Notes: generated from the sequence alone by a model not told the origin. 39,084 nt of DNA from Burkholderiales bacterium (GCA_035539675.1 DATLHW010000117.1:1-39084); one strand, 5' to 3'; numbered from the stretch's first letter, positions 7,450 through 16,923 are shown. Numbers and translations: made by a program.

Positions 7450-8817
7450 TTACTCCTCCGGTCGGCGATACTTCAACAAATCGATGTTGTAACTCTTCAT
7501 TTTTCTATAGAGCATGGAGTAATTGATTTGCAGCTCGTTGCATGCTGCATTAGCGGCGCCATCATGGCGCCGCAAGGTATCTTCGATCACAGCTCTCTCT
7601 ACCGAGGCAATGATTTCGTTCAACGAGCGCGATGCAGGCATTGCGGTTGTTCCGTCCATGGAGATTGGGACCCCAAGTTGCAATTGCTCGGCAACGTTGC
7701 GCAACTCCCGTACATTTCCAGGCCAGTCGTACGTCAACAGCTGCTGATGGATGTCCTTAGGCGGCGTCACGGCGGGCTGATTGAAGCGCAATGCAGCATC
7801 GCCAATAAAGTGCGCGAGCAACATCGGAACATCCTCACGTCGTTCACGTAGCGGCGGTATTTTTACCGTTGCAACGTTCAGCCGAAAAAACAGATCCATT
7901 CGAAATTTGTCGCGCGCGCTGTAGTCCCTAAGATCCACCTTGGTCGCGGCCACGACACGCAGGTCCACTGCAGTAATTTTATTTGATCCTAACCGCTCAA
8001 CTTGACGCTCCTGAAGCACACGCAACATTTTTGCCTGTAACTGGATAGGCATCGCCTCAATTTCATCGAGAAACAATGTTCCGCCACTGGCGTGCTCAAC
8101 CTTCCCTATTCGCTGCTTCGTCGCGCCAGTGTAAGAACCTGCCTCATGACCGAATAACTCGCTCTCAAACAGATTTTCTGGAATAGCCGTGCAGTTGATT
8201 GCGACAAAATTCCCGCGTCTGCCGCTAAATTCATGCAGACAACGCGCCACCAGTTCTTTCCCCGTCCCCGTTTCGCCAAGAATAATCACATTCGCTGGCG
8301 TGGGAGCAAGCCTGAGGACCAGATCTCTCAAATCCCGCATGACGACACTATCTCCGCGGAGAATCTGCGCGACGCCGGAGGCAAAAGCGAGCCGGTCCTT
8401 AAGAGACCGGTTCTCGAGCGTAAGCCGTCTCTGCTCCGAGGCGCGTTTCAAAACTGTCACCAGTCGATCCGAGTCAAAAGGCTTCTCGAGAAAATCGTAC
8501 GCGCCCTCCCGTATCGCTTTTATGGCCGTTGGAATATTCCCGCCTGCCGTCATCAGCACAACCGGAAGATCCGGATCAATCTGATGGGCTTCCGCCAATA
8601 CCTGCAAACCGTCGGAGCTTCCCAAATACAAATCAGTCAGCACAACATGTGGACAGGTCGCTGAAATACTTTCGAGCGCAAGCGCTGGTTCTCGAAAATT
8701 GAACACCTCAAAACCCGCCATCTCAAGCGTTCGCACCAAACCGCGCCGAAAATTATCATCGTCCTCCACTAACACTACGCGGAACCCACTGTCGCCATTA
8801 CTTTCAGTTGAAATCAT
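7450..8817 (-). CDS. Sigma-54-dependent response regulator (NtrC/DctD family enhancer-binding protein)
   Basis: The ORF track starts at a TTG (8844). The ATG at 8817 (MISTESNG) follows GGAG. Receiver (VVLVEDDD...VVLTDLYLG...EKPF), AAA+ domain with Walker A GETGTGKE, sigma-54 contact loop ESELFGHEAGSYTGA (a GAFTGA variant), and a C-terminal Fis-type HTH. Confidence 0.9.
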   Translation of the reverse strand: MISTESNGDSGFRVVLVEDDDNFRRGLVRTLEMAGFEVFNFREPALALESISATCPHVVLTDLYLGSSDGLQVLAEAHQIDPDLPVVLMTAGGNIPTAIKAIREGAYDFLEKPFDSDRLVTVLKRASEQRRLTLENRSLKDRLAFASGVAQILRGDSVVMRDLRDLVLRLAPTPANVIILGETGTGKELVARCLHEFSGRRGNFVAINCTAIPENLFESELFGHEAGSYTGATKQRIGKVEHASGGTLFLDEIEAMPIQLQAKMLRVLQERQVERLGSNKITAVDLRVVAATKVDLRDYSARDKFRMDLFFRLNVATVKIPPLRERREDVPMLLAHFIGDAALRFNQPAVTPPKDIHQQLLTYDWPGNVRELRNVAEQLQLGVPISMDGTTAMPASRSLNEIIASVERAVIEDTLRRHDGAANAACNELQINYSMLYRKMKSYNIDLLKYRRPEE

Positions 8818-9232
8818 GCCGAACGCTCCGTGTCGAATTTCCAAAAATTTGAACTACGAGACTTCCGAATAATCATATTGAGCGATCCGAGATTGAGCGT
8901 TGACCCAAGCAGAACATAAGCATCGCCGTCTCGATATTCATATCACTCCACGGATTTTCCAGAGGCCGCCTCCATTCATTTGGACATCTTGCCCTGCATG
9001 CAACATAAACCAATCGCGGCATCTGCATTAAATTGCCCTGTATTGATTAAAGTCCGGGCGAATTTGCTTTAGTCCGCACACATCGACTTTGCAAGCTCGA
9101 TAAAATCGCCACTAACTTTGTTACGCCCCTAATTTTTCGCCCTCAACGTCACCAGAGATCGACTGCAAACATGCAGGAAACCGTCACCATCATGATGACT
9201 CTCATAAGGCGTTTCCGATAATAAACGTCATT

Positions 9233-9904
9233 TCAAAATACTTCCTTCGCGCTCATGGCGCCGGGAAACCCTTCTACTGTGGTGGTCGCCGTATGAGGCG
9301 AGGTCGGCGCAGCATCCCATCGCACATTAACGCGGCCGCGCTCCCCTTGAAGAGCGCTAATGGAATCTTCATCCGCCCCCTTCGCCAACACTTTCCGCGG
9401 AGCCGCCTTGTGAATGGCTAACGGAGGAGTCCTATCCTTGATGCGTGGAACCTCTACGGAGGCCTTTATCACTCGTCGGACATACCCATTGCGAAAGCCA
9501 CGTTGAAAATCACCGGTGTTGTACGCCGATAGCGCCTTTAATAGTGCGGTGCGAGAATCATCCGTTTCTTTAAGAGCTCGACTGTAATTCTCAGAAAGAA
9601 TACGGGCGCCCGCTCGGAGGTTAAGACAGGTATCGAAGGCCGTCATTGCGTCGAGCCCGAGACGGGAAAAATGAACTGAGTTTATCTGCATTAGACCCAG
9701 ATCAACCGAATACCCTCGTGCAATGAGCCACCGCGCCCAACCTGCCGCCTCCCCCTTTGAAGCGGGCTGACGAGCAAGCCGCTTTCCGCCATTTACATTA
9801 ATTGCAAAGGGATTAAAGCCACTTTCAGTATGAATCACCGCATGCATTGTGGAAGGCGCCACTTGCGGAGCACATTCTTCGATAATGGGTGTCCAATCCA
9901 TCAT
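9233..9904 (-). CDS. virB1: Lytic transglycosylase, VirB1/TrbN-like (paralog 2)
   Basis: 223 aa. N-terminus MMDWTPIIEECAPQVAPSTMHAVIHTESGFNPFAINVNGG carries the catalytic E of TESGF; also GLMQIN and AYNTG motifs. Clearly alignable with the upstream paralog. No obvious signal peptide. Confidence 0.85.
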   Translation of the reverse strand: MMDWTPIIEECAPQVAPSTMHAVIHTESGFNPFAINVNGGKRLARQPASKGEAAGWARWLIARGYSVDLGLMQINSVHFSRLGLDAMTAFDTCLNLRAGARILSENYSRALKETDDSRTALLKALSAYNTGDFQRGFRNGYVRRVIKASVEVPRIKDRTPPLAIHKAAPRKVLAKGADEDSISALQGERGRVNVRWDAAPTSPHTATTTVEGFPGAMSAKEVF

Positions 9905-9907
9905 TTT

Positions 9908-10465
9908 TTATCCCGCTCCCGACTTTCGCTTTTTTTCCGAGGGCGGACGTCGATCGGCATCGGCGAGAATTAAGGGTGGGGCGTCGCTCTCTTCAATTCT
10001 ATTCAAGGGAACAGGCTGACGATGCTTCACAACTTTGGCGACGTAACCATTTCGAAAACCACGCTCAAAATTACCGGTGTTGTAAGCCGAAAGGGCCTTC
10101 AATAAGGCGCTTTGAGGGGTTCCTCCTTCCCGGAGCGCCCTTCTATAACTTTCTGTAAGAATGCGCGCACCGGCAGCTAAGTTTCGACATGGATCGAACA
10201 CGGAGGCGGCGTTAAGCCCAAGTCTACGTAAATTGTTTGAATTGATCTGCATCAATCCCATATCGACAGAGTATCCGCGGGAGATGAGCCAATGTGACCA
10301 AGCGGCGGCCTCGTGCAACGTGCGAGGCTTTCGTGCAAGCTTGGCGCCGCCATTTATATTGATCGCGAGCGGATTAAAACCACTCTCCGTGCGAATAATC
10401 GCTTGCATCGTGGAGGGTGCCACCTGAGGGGCGCATTCCCGAATCATGGGCGTCCAATCGATCAT
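9908..10465 (-). CDS. virB1: Lytic transglycosylase, VirB1/TrbN-like (paralog 1)
   Basis: 185 aa. MIDWTPMIRECAPQVAPSTMQAIIRTESGFNPLAININGG...GLMQINS...LSAYNTGNF. In-frame stops lie just upstream, so no longer N-terminus or leader peptide is possible. Confidence 0.85.
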   Translation of the reverse strand: MIDWTPMIRECAPQVAPSTMQAIIRTESGFNPLAININGGAKLARKPRTLHEAAAWSHWLISRGYSVDMGLMQINSNNLRRLGLNAASVFDPCRNLAAGARILTESYRRALREGGTPQSALLKALSAYNTGNFERGFRNGYVAKVVKHRQPVPLNRIEESDAPPLILADADRRPPSEKKRKSGAG

Positions 10466-10620
10466 TGTCTATTTATCGTTAAAAATAACCAATTAAATTG
10501 ATCGCTCATGCGGATTACTAAACCGCCAGCGCCATGACATACACCCCGCCACACGTCACAATCGTTCGGGAATTTCACTGTTACGATTCCCGATATGTCG
10601 ACATGGACAATTAGGACTTG

Positions 10621-10636
10621 AGCAGCAACCGTGCCA
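10621..10636 (-). promoter_or_regulatory. Putative sigma-54 (-24/-12) promoter upstream of the virB1 pair
   Basis: The minus strand reads TGGCACGGTTGCTGCT (consensus TGGCACG-N4-TTGCW, with correct GG-N10-GC spacing). It lies about 155 nt upstream of the ATG at 10465. The palindrome CTTGCAAG (10722-10729) lies about 90 bp further upstream. Confidence 0.5.
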
Positions 10637-10774
10637 AGAACACTTCCCGCTCCTTTGCGCCCTTTACCTTAGAGCGATTGTCATGAACTTATTTAATGGG
10701 TTAAACGTATAAACTTTCGCGCTTGCAAGAATGATGGCGTGACGACAGTGCATTTATGGAAGAAACAAGTTTCA

Positions 10775-12781
10775 CTATGGCTGTCCCTCTATCGCCATCT
10801 CGGCGCCTTTCCCCTCGCCTTCCGCAACCGCGATTTCAATTTCGGTTGACTGATCTGTTTCGGCTCCGCTCGCCAAATTAGCAAACGGATTGCGTATCCG
10901 ATCGCTACTTGATGGGCATTGGACTTTTGCTCGTTGGGAAAAAACCGGGTCCATGAAGTAAAGAATTTGTTTCCCATAAATCGGCGTTTGTCCCGCCATA
11001 AAAATCAACATATCCCCCGCTTCCACCACATTGCCTTGAGCGTCTTTTCGGGCGCCGGGCAATCGCATGACTTCATCGGCCGTTAATAGGGACCGTTGAG
11101 TCTCAGCAGTGGAAACTGAAACCTGGCTAAGAATGCCAAACGTACTACCCGAGTATGAGTTGTTTTGCTTAACAATTGTGGTGCTGCCAGTCATTTTGGA
11201 AAGCATTTCCGCCGTCTCAACTTTGTTAGGCGCATACGCGATACGAAGGTGGCAATTCGAGAAAATACTCTCATCTTTTCCGTAAGCGGTGTGCAGCTGT
11301 GAGATATCCTGAATAATGAGATAAGCTTTTAGACCATAGCCGGCGATAAACGCCAAGGACTCTTCAAAGATATCGAGCTTACCCAAACTAGGAAACTCAT
11401 CGATCAACAATAGTAGTCGATGCTTATATGAGGCTACGCTACGCCCATCTTTGAACTCCATTTTCTCTACAAGCGAACGAATAACCTGATTCACCACTAG
11501 CCGAATCAAAGGCTTCAGTCTATCTTTATCGGAGGGCGGCACCACTAGATAGAGAGAGACGGGTCTCTCATCATTCATCAAGTCACTAATAATGAACTCG
11601 CTGCAAGCCGTATTTCTAGCGACGATAGGATCACGATAAAGAGTCAAATAGGACACGGCGGTAGAAACAACGCTCGACATTTCCTCTTCTGCTTTATTAA
11701 GCATGTCTCGTGCTACGGCGGCGACCACGGGGTGCGTAAAGGTCGGATTGCCTTCGGTATCTACCCAGCCTCGGACACCTTCCATATCATGATCGGTGTT
11801 GAGCATATAATTCAGGCTGTCTTGAATTGTTCTCGCCGGATTACTCAGGAAGCCGATCACGCCACAAAGAGACTTGTCCGACTCCGCATACAAAACATGC
11901 AGCGCTGTGCCGACCAGTAGAGCATGACCAGTCTTCTGCCAGTGGTCGGCTAACCCCTTGCCCTCTGGATCGGCGATCATGTTCATAATGTTTTGCACGT
12001 CGGCCACTTCTTTATCCGTATAGACCCGCACCAAATCCATCGGGTTGTAGCGAATGCTTGATCCATCAATTGCAGTGGGTTCAAACTTGAGCACATGATT
12101 GTTTGCTTCTTTCTGCCGCCAGCCAGCGGTCAGCGCCCAGTTTTCCCCCTTGATGTCATACACAACCACGCTGTGGGGCCACGAAAGCAATGTGGGAAGC
12201 ACCAAACCAACACCCTTACCAGAACGGGTCGGCGCGAACGCCATGATGTGTTCTGGCCCGTCATGCCGCAGGTAGTGGACCTTTCCGGTCTTGGGGTGCT
12301 TCCACGCGCCGACGTATACGCCAACGCCTGTCCCGATTAAACCCGTTCGCTGTACCTCCTCAGGACTTGCCCAGTGCGCCGAGCCATGAATATGCTGGCC
12401 GCCCTTATCCATACTTTTTAAGGTCTTATTAAAGGTGTAGAAGATTAAAGCGACGGTCCCGGTGAAACTTGCGACAAACAACCATAACACCTGAGAAAGT
12501 GCGCTTTGTACGGTTGGATTCTTTAATTTTCCAAAACGCCCATACCATTCGACCCAGTCGAAGATCATGTAGAACTTAAATCCTCCTACACTAAACAGAG
12601 GAGCTCCTAGCGCATCTTGATAACCAAATCGGAAAGCAAGATATTGGGTGCACAACAAACTCAAAGCCATTAAAAAACAAATACCGCCGCCAATACCTTT
12701 CCATAAGATGCCCCCTGGATTCCCCGGTTGATCGGGGACATCGTACAAAGGGGTCTTTAGCGAATCGCTATATTTATCCAT
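10775..12781 (-). CDS. virD4: Type IV coupling protein VirD4/TraG
   Basis: 668 aa. N-terminal TM segments, Walker A APTRSGKGVGLVLPT, and TraG/VirD4-type motifs (LLLIDEFPSLGKL, YGKDES). Confidence 0.95.
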   Translation of the reverse strand: MDKYSDSLKTPLYDVPDQPGNPGGILWKGIGGGICFLMALSLLCTQYLAFRFGYQDALGAPLFSVGGFKFYMIFDWVEWYGRFGKLKNPTVQSALSQVLWLFVASFTGTVALIFYTFNKTLKSMDKGGQHIHGSAHWASPEEVQRTGLIGTGVGVYVGAWKHPKTGKVHYLRHDGPEHIMAFAPTRSGKGVGLVLPTLLSWPHSVVVYDIKGENWALTAGWRQKEANNHVLKFEPTAIDGSSIRYNPMDLVRVYTDKEVADVQNIMNMIADPEGKGLADHWQKTGHALLVGTALHVLYAESDKSLCGVIGFLSNPARTIQDSLNYMLNTDHDMEGVRGWVDTEGNPTFTHPVVAAVARDMLNKAEEEMSSVVSTAVSYLTLYRDPIVARNTACSEFIISDLMNDERPVSLYLVVPPSDKDRLKPLIRLVVNQVIRSLVEKMEFKDGRSVASYKHRLLLLIDEFPSLGKLDIFEESLAFIAGYGLKAYLIIQDISQLHTAYGKDESIFSNCHLRIAYAPNKVETAEMLSKMTGSTTIVKQNNSYSGSTFGILSQVSVSTAETQRSLLTADEVMRLPGARKDAQGNVVEAGDMLIFMAGQTPIYGKQILYFMDPVFSQRAKVQCPSSSDRIRNPFANLASGAETDQSTEIEIAVAEGEGKGAEMAIEGQP

Positions 12782-12817
12782 AATTTCATCTCACCAAAAA
12801 ACGTTCATCGGGCCGAA

Positions 12818-13687
12818 TTACCGGCCGAGCCGACCATGACCAGGCGTTAAGCCCGCCTGACCAATAGCGCGGGCTTCCACCGCCTTTCCCTTCACAACCA
12901 CATGCAATCGCTCACCGACTTCCGCCTCCAACAGATCGCAAGCAATACGCTCGATCTCGATAATTAAAAGCATGCGTTTTCTCGCCTCGAGTTTGAGGTA
13001 GATTTTCTTATCATCGGCATAACATATCTCACCAGTAAAGTTCGTTAGACCATCTGAAGTCATGACCACGAAATCATCAGTGCCCAATTGGCTGGCGAGA
13101 ATTTCTCGAGTGTCCGGTTTAGCGCCCGTCAAAGGCCAAATGATTTCGCCGTCATGAATCGAAACCAGAGTGATTTCATAGTTCCCGCCGTCACTCCCAT
13201 CATTGATCCAGACCTTTGGAGTCAGCGTTTTGCCTTTGCCTATATTTGGATTATCAAATTCCTGAACGGCGACCGCAGAATCCGCGAACGCCAAGCCATT
13301 AATTACCGGCGCCAAAGCGGAATATATAGCGCCGTCATACTCCTTCACGTCCGTCTGCGCGCGGACCGTAACAGGTCGCGGGTGGATGACGCCCATAGCC
13401 TTTCGGACTGTTACAACATAGTCCACTAACTGCCCCCTTCTATTGGTGACTTTAAGCTCTGGAGCCAGACTTTGGACGCCGACCTCCACGCTATTGAATC
13501 GTTGCGTCGCGATCACCAAATGATCGTCGTCAATGGAGCCAATAATGGTTGGATAACGGGCAGAGCGAACGACGCCGTCGTAAATTTTCTCATCTTCCTG
13601 AGCAATCAGCACTAGTTCGCCACGCCCAGTGTGATGAACACCAGGCGTGGAAAGCTGTTGACGGGCGCCAAGATCATCCAGAGACAT
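12818..13687 (-). CDS. Hypothetical protein with two YDG/MBG-like adhesin-type repeats and a unique C-terminal domain; no signal peptide
   Basis: 289 aa. ATG preceded by GAGGGAG, tightly packed between virB10 and virD4. Repeat 2 reads IHPRPVTVRAQTDVKEYDGAIYSALAPVINGLAFADSAVAVQEFDNPNIGKGKTLTPKVWINDGSDGGNYEITLVSIHDGEI. A degenerate repeat 1 has EKIYDGVV. The fold assignment is from memory of the repeat pattern and is not HMM-verified. Confidence 0.7.
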   Translation of the reverse strand: MSLDDLGARQQLSTPGVHHTGRGELVLIAQEDEKIYDGVVRSARYPTIIGSIDDDHLVIATQRFNSVEVGVQSLAPELKVTNRRGQLVDYVVTVRKAMGVIHPRPVTVRAQTDVKEYDGAIYSALAPVINGLAFADSAVAVQEFDNPNIGKGKTLTPKVWINDGSDGGNYEITLVSIHDGEIIWPLTGAKPDTREILASQLGTDDFVVMTSDGLTNFTGEICYADDKKIYLKLEARKRMLLIIEIERIACDLLEAEVGERLHVVVKGKAVEARAIGQAGLTPGHGRLGR

Positions 13688-13712
13688 TTTCGTTTAAGTC
13701 TCCCTCATTAAC

Positions 13713-14972
13713 TCATGGCTGATAACCGCTCGGAAACACCAAGTCCTTGTTAACCATAACCGTGAACTTGGATCCCTTGCGAATCTCAATCGTCGGTTGC
13801 ACGCCCAAATTACGCTTAGCGATCTCAATGCCAAGTTGACTCATTTGCTGTCCCACCGCAGCGCCGACAACCTGTCTATTGCTCAGTGAGGCCTCATTGG
13901 AAATGGTCTCCTGGGGTTGCGAAAGCTGAAAAGCTGCTGAGAATATCGAGGTCAGAAGCGCAAAACCAAATGTCCGCACATAGTGATTATTGACGCGATC
14001 GGCAATGCCCGCAGTACCCGCTTTGTCATGCCCCGCCATACCGCTCAAATCCATGCTCGTCGCATTAGGAAAAATAATGCGATTCCACACGACCAGTAAT
14101 CGCGATTGTCCAAACGTTATAGAAGACTGATATTGCCCGAAGAGCTTGCTTCCCTGCGGGATAAGCAAGTGCTGCCCTGTGGCGCTATCAAATATGTTTT
14201 GCGAAACCTGCCCGACAATCTCGCCCGGAAGATCTGAATTAATCTGCGTAATCATCACACCGGGAATAACGGTGCCGGTTTTGATTTCAAACTCGTTAAT
14301 AGGGGGATTTAGTTGGACTATCTGGAAATGAGCGCCCTTGGATCGCCCACCTCGTTCCAGAAACGCTTCTTTTTGGGATTGGCGATTGGGGTCATCTTTA
14401 TTTACAGCTGGGTCTTCGCGAACTGCCGCCGCCTGTCTATTGGCGCTTTGATTTGAGATTGTCTCTCTCGGCGCCATCTCCTCTTCGACTTTCGCCTGAC
14501 GCTCGGCAAATTTAATGAGTTCGGTGTCGGCCATAAACGCATTCATTTTCTGCTCTGGAGGCCGCGCAGCCGATGTGGATGTAGATGTGGAGGTGGATGT
14601 GGCTGCTGGAAGAGCGCCAGCAGAGCCTGGATCCGCTAAGGTCGGCACATTCTGTGTGGAAGCCGCATTGGGAGGCGGGGCGCTCTCCCGTGGCATCCTC
14701 GGCGGCTCTGCCGGGAGAAGCAATGGCTGGTCAGGAACATCACTCGTTAAAGCGCTTGCGGTCCCTGTTGCTGGCGTAAACGTCTGAGGCTTGTCAGGGG
14801 CGACATTCTTGGTCATGTCCTTTTGTGGCGTCGATAGATTGGAAAGGATAAAAACAAAAACGCCTACCATTACCGCCACAGCGATCATGACGGCCTTTTT
14901 GTTTAAGCGGGCGCTGATCTTAGGGGTGCCACGCAACTCCAAACCATCGGGAGATTCGATTTTCGTCGTCAT
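13713..14972 (-). CDS. virB10: VirB10/TrbI
   Basis: 419 aa. N-terminal TM segment, Pro-rich region, a (TS)n tract, and a conserved C-terminal barrel region (GTVIPGVMITQINSDLPG...LLIPQGSKLFGQY...RLLVVWNRIIFPN). Confidence 0.95.
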   Translation of the reverse strand: MTTKIESPDGLELRGTPKISARLNKKAVMIAVAVMVGVFVFILSNLSTPQKDMTKNVAPDKPQTFTPATGTASALTSDVPDQPLLLPAEPPRMPRESAPPPNAASTQNVPTLADPGSAGALPAATSTSTSTSTSAARPPEQKMNAFMADTELIKFAERQAKVEEEMAPRETISNQSANRQAAAVREDPAVNKDDPNRQSQKEAFLERGGRSKGAHFQIVQLNPPINEFEIKTGTVIPGVMITQINSDLPGEIVGQVSQNIFDSATGQHLLIPQGSKLFGQYQSSITFGQSRLLVVWNRIIFPNATSMDLSGMAGHDKAGTAGIADRVNNHYVRTFGFALLTSIFSAAFQLSQPQETISNEASLSNRQVVGAAVGQQMSQLGIEIAKRNLGVQPTIEIRKGSKFTVMVNKDLVFPSGYQP

Positions 14973-14975
14973 GGC

Positions 14976-16130
14976 TTACTCCGATCCATCCAGGCACCTT
15001 CCGAACCAACCACGTTTGGCGCATTTCTTTTCGCGGGTAACCTCGATACGCTGTTGCCCAACACCTGTGCCGGAAATCAATGCAAATCTATCAGTCATTC
15101 TATCAATAGTGTAGATATTGCCTTTCAATCGATAATTCACCATCTGCTCGCTACCATCAGGATCAATCAAAATCAGAACGGGCGCTTCCTCGACAGGTAC
15201 GTTATCGTTCATTGAAATATATGTGCGGGCGCCATCGTCCATTACGCGCAATGGCTTGAACTTTGGTTTTCCTCTGACGACCTCGACTTTGTAATCAAAA
15301 TTAATGCGTTCAACCGCCACATTGGGAAAGTCGGATTGAGGTGCGGTGGATTGCGAGCTACGCTCGGACTTGGCGGGTTGCGCCATCATCTTTTGCCACG
15401 TCTGATTACTATTGTCTGGATACTCAAACGCAACACGGGCAAGATATTTATCTCTGCTGGAAACGAGTCGTAAATGATAGGTGCGGCGATCAGTCGGAAC
15501 CATTAAATTGGTATCAAGGCCCGGCTCCGTCGGCTTGATGATGAGATGAGTAATTCTTTGATCTCCTTCGGCTGAAACCGCGGGTGCGATCTTCCATCTC
15601 ACGGAGTCGCCAATATGCGGTGCGCCTTGAATCGTTTCCCCAGGCTCCAGCTCGATATCGCAAACCCTGAGCGGAGCACAAATAATGGTCGGCGCAGAGT
15701 CACCGAAAGTAAAAACCATACGTCCATCTTTTCCTTGCGCTGGATAAGCATGGGGATTTTCAGCCCACTCTTGCGATTGACGCACAGCCAACTTCGCTGG
15801 CTCGCTTACCGTGGGCTCCGGGGTCGTAACAATAACCTGAACCGGCGCTTCTTTTATCTGGATTTCCGGTTTTAATTGCGCTTCGCTTTTTAAATCGGCT
15901 TCGCTGATACCAAGACATGAAACGGGGTCAGTGCAGGGAGCTCCGCCAGGACCGACTGAAGTCGGCATCACGGTATCTGCAGGTTTTGCAAGTATTGGCG
16001 GAACGTTCGCATTTTCCACAGCTGATGCAGGAGCGCCTCCTTGCGCACCGCCCTGACTACTATCCTGCGCTAGGGCGGCGCCGGAAGCCGCCAGGCAAGA
16101 AATCAACAAGACCAGTTTCTTGATTCGCAT
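14976..16130 (-). CDS. virB9: VirB9/TrbG with an extended Ala/Gly/Pro-rich N-terminal region
   Basis: The ORF track starts at a TTG (16166). The ATG at 16130 follows GGGGAG and gives MRIKKLVLLISCLAASGAALA (signal peptide). Core motifs VFTFGDSAPTIICAPLRVCDIELEPGE...GDSVRW. Confidence 0.9.
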   Translation of the reverse strand: MRIKKLVLLISCLAASGAALAQDSSQGGAQGGAPASAVENANVPPILAKPADTVMPTSVGPGGAPCTDPVSCLGISEADLKSEAQLKPEIQIKEAPVQVIVTTPEPTVSEPAKLAVRQSQEWAENPHAYPAQGKDGRMVFTFGDSAPTIICAPLRVCDIELEPGETIQGAPHIGDSVRWKIAPAVSAEGDQRITHLIIKPTEPGLDTNLMVPTDRRTYHLRLVSSRDKYLARVAFEYPDNSNQTWQKMMAQPAKSERSSQSTAPQSDFPNVAVERINFDYKVEVVRGKPKFKPLRVMDDGARTYISMNDNVPVEEAPVLILIDPDGSEQMVNYRLKGNIYTIDRMTDRFALISGTGVGQQRIEVTREKKCAKRGWFGRCLDGSE

Positions 16131-16149
16131 TTTCGGCTCCCCGTGAAGT

Positions 16150-16923
16150 TTAAAGTTGTTGAGCAAAGTTCAAGTCGGTTATATAAATCCCTAGCGGATT
16201 CACAATAATTTGGCGTTCGTCCGTGGGAGGTGTAATTCCAATAACAAAAGAAGCCTTGAACCGAAGTTTATTTTTCACCTCCCCTTTCAAATCGCGGTAA
16301 GTCTCGGCCCATTCCACTTGCCAGCTTTTGTCAGAGACCGCCAATATGGCTGAAAGCTCCACGGAGACAGTTCCAGTTTGGAGCCGGACGAACGGATTGT
16401 TTTCTTCGAAGTATTCATTCGCCTTCTTATGGGCTGGCGTATTAATAGGCAACATGGAATAAAGTCGGGTAACGGCATCCTTTTGCGCAACGCGGTCTAC
16501 CGTCACCGTTCGCCAATCCTGCACAAAGCGTCCTAAAAACGATTTAACAACCCTCGAATCCAAAGCGGTCGCCTTGTCGCCAGGCCCCACTGCGATAGCA
16601 GCGCCAAACTTATCGACCTGAACAACATATGGAACAATCTTATTTTGGGCGCCGATATAGCCAACGCCTATAACTGCGGCGAATGCAATCAGCGCACAGA
16701 GAAAGGCGATGTACCGCCAATTACGAGCTTGACTAATGTAGTCCCCATAACGCTCATTCCACTCGCGCCGGGCCTCGATGTAAGGATTTTCGACTTGCTG
16801 CGGCTTGCCACGCGCGGAAGCGGGCTTCTCCGCCTCCCTGGGAGCCGAAATATCTTCAATATCTTCGGATGAAATCATCGGCTCCGGATTGGCTTTCTTG
16901 AAAAACATGAGGAGGCTTTTCAT
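16150..16923 (-). CDS. virB8: VirB8/TrbF
   Basis: 257 aa. NPYIEARREWNERYGD, then one TM segment (WRYIAFLCALIAFAAVIGVGYI) and a periplasmic NTF2-like region, as is typical of VirB8/TrbF. Confidence 0.9.
   Translation of the reverse strand: MKSLLMFFKKANPEPMISSEDIEDISAPREAEKPASARGKPQQVENPYIEARREWNERYGDYISQARNWRYIAFLCALIAFAAVIGVGYIGAQNKIVPYVVQVDKFGAAIAVGPGDKATALDSRVVKSFLGRFVQDWRTVTVDRVAQKDAVTRLYSMLPINTPAHKKANEYFEENNPFVRLQTGTVSVELSAILAVSDKSWQVEWAETYRDLKGEVKNKLRFKASFVIGITPPTDERQIIVNPLGIYITDLNFAQQL

Noticed and set aside
9088-9095. TTTGCAAG motif upstream of the response-regulator gene, as possible autoregulation
   Set aside because: It is a single half-palindrome with no accompanying -24/-12 element. 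A 7-8-mer like this is expected several times by chance in 39 kb, so I do not count it as evidence.
16095-16166. VirB9 as a fused VirB7-like lipoprotein (LLISC resembles a lipobox), and the track's upstream TTG start
   Set aside because: Only about 11 residues precede the Cys, which is short for a lipoprotein signal, and a standard ALA|Q signal-peptidase I site follows. The TTG start at 16166 lacks an RBS, whereas the ATG at 16130 has GGGGAG. The lipoprotein idea cannot be excluded without experiment, but the sequence alone does not support it.
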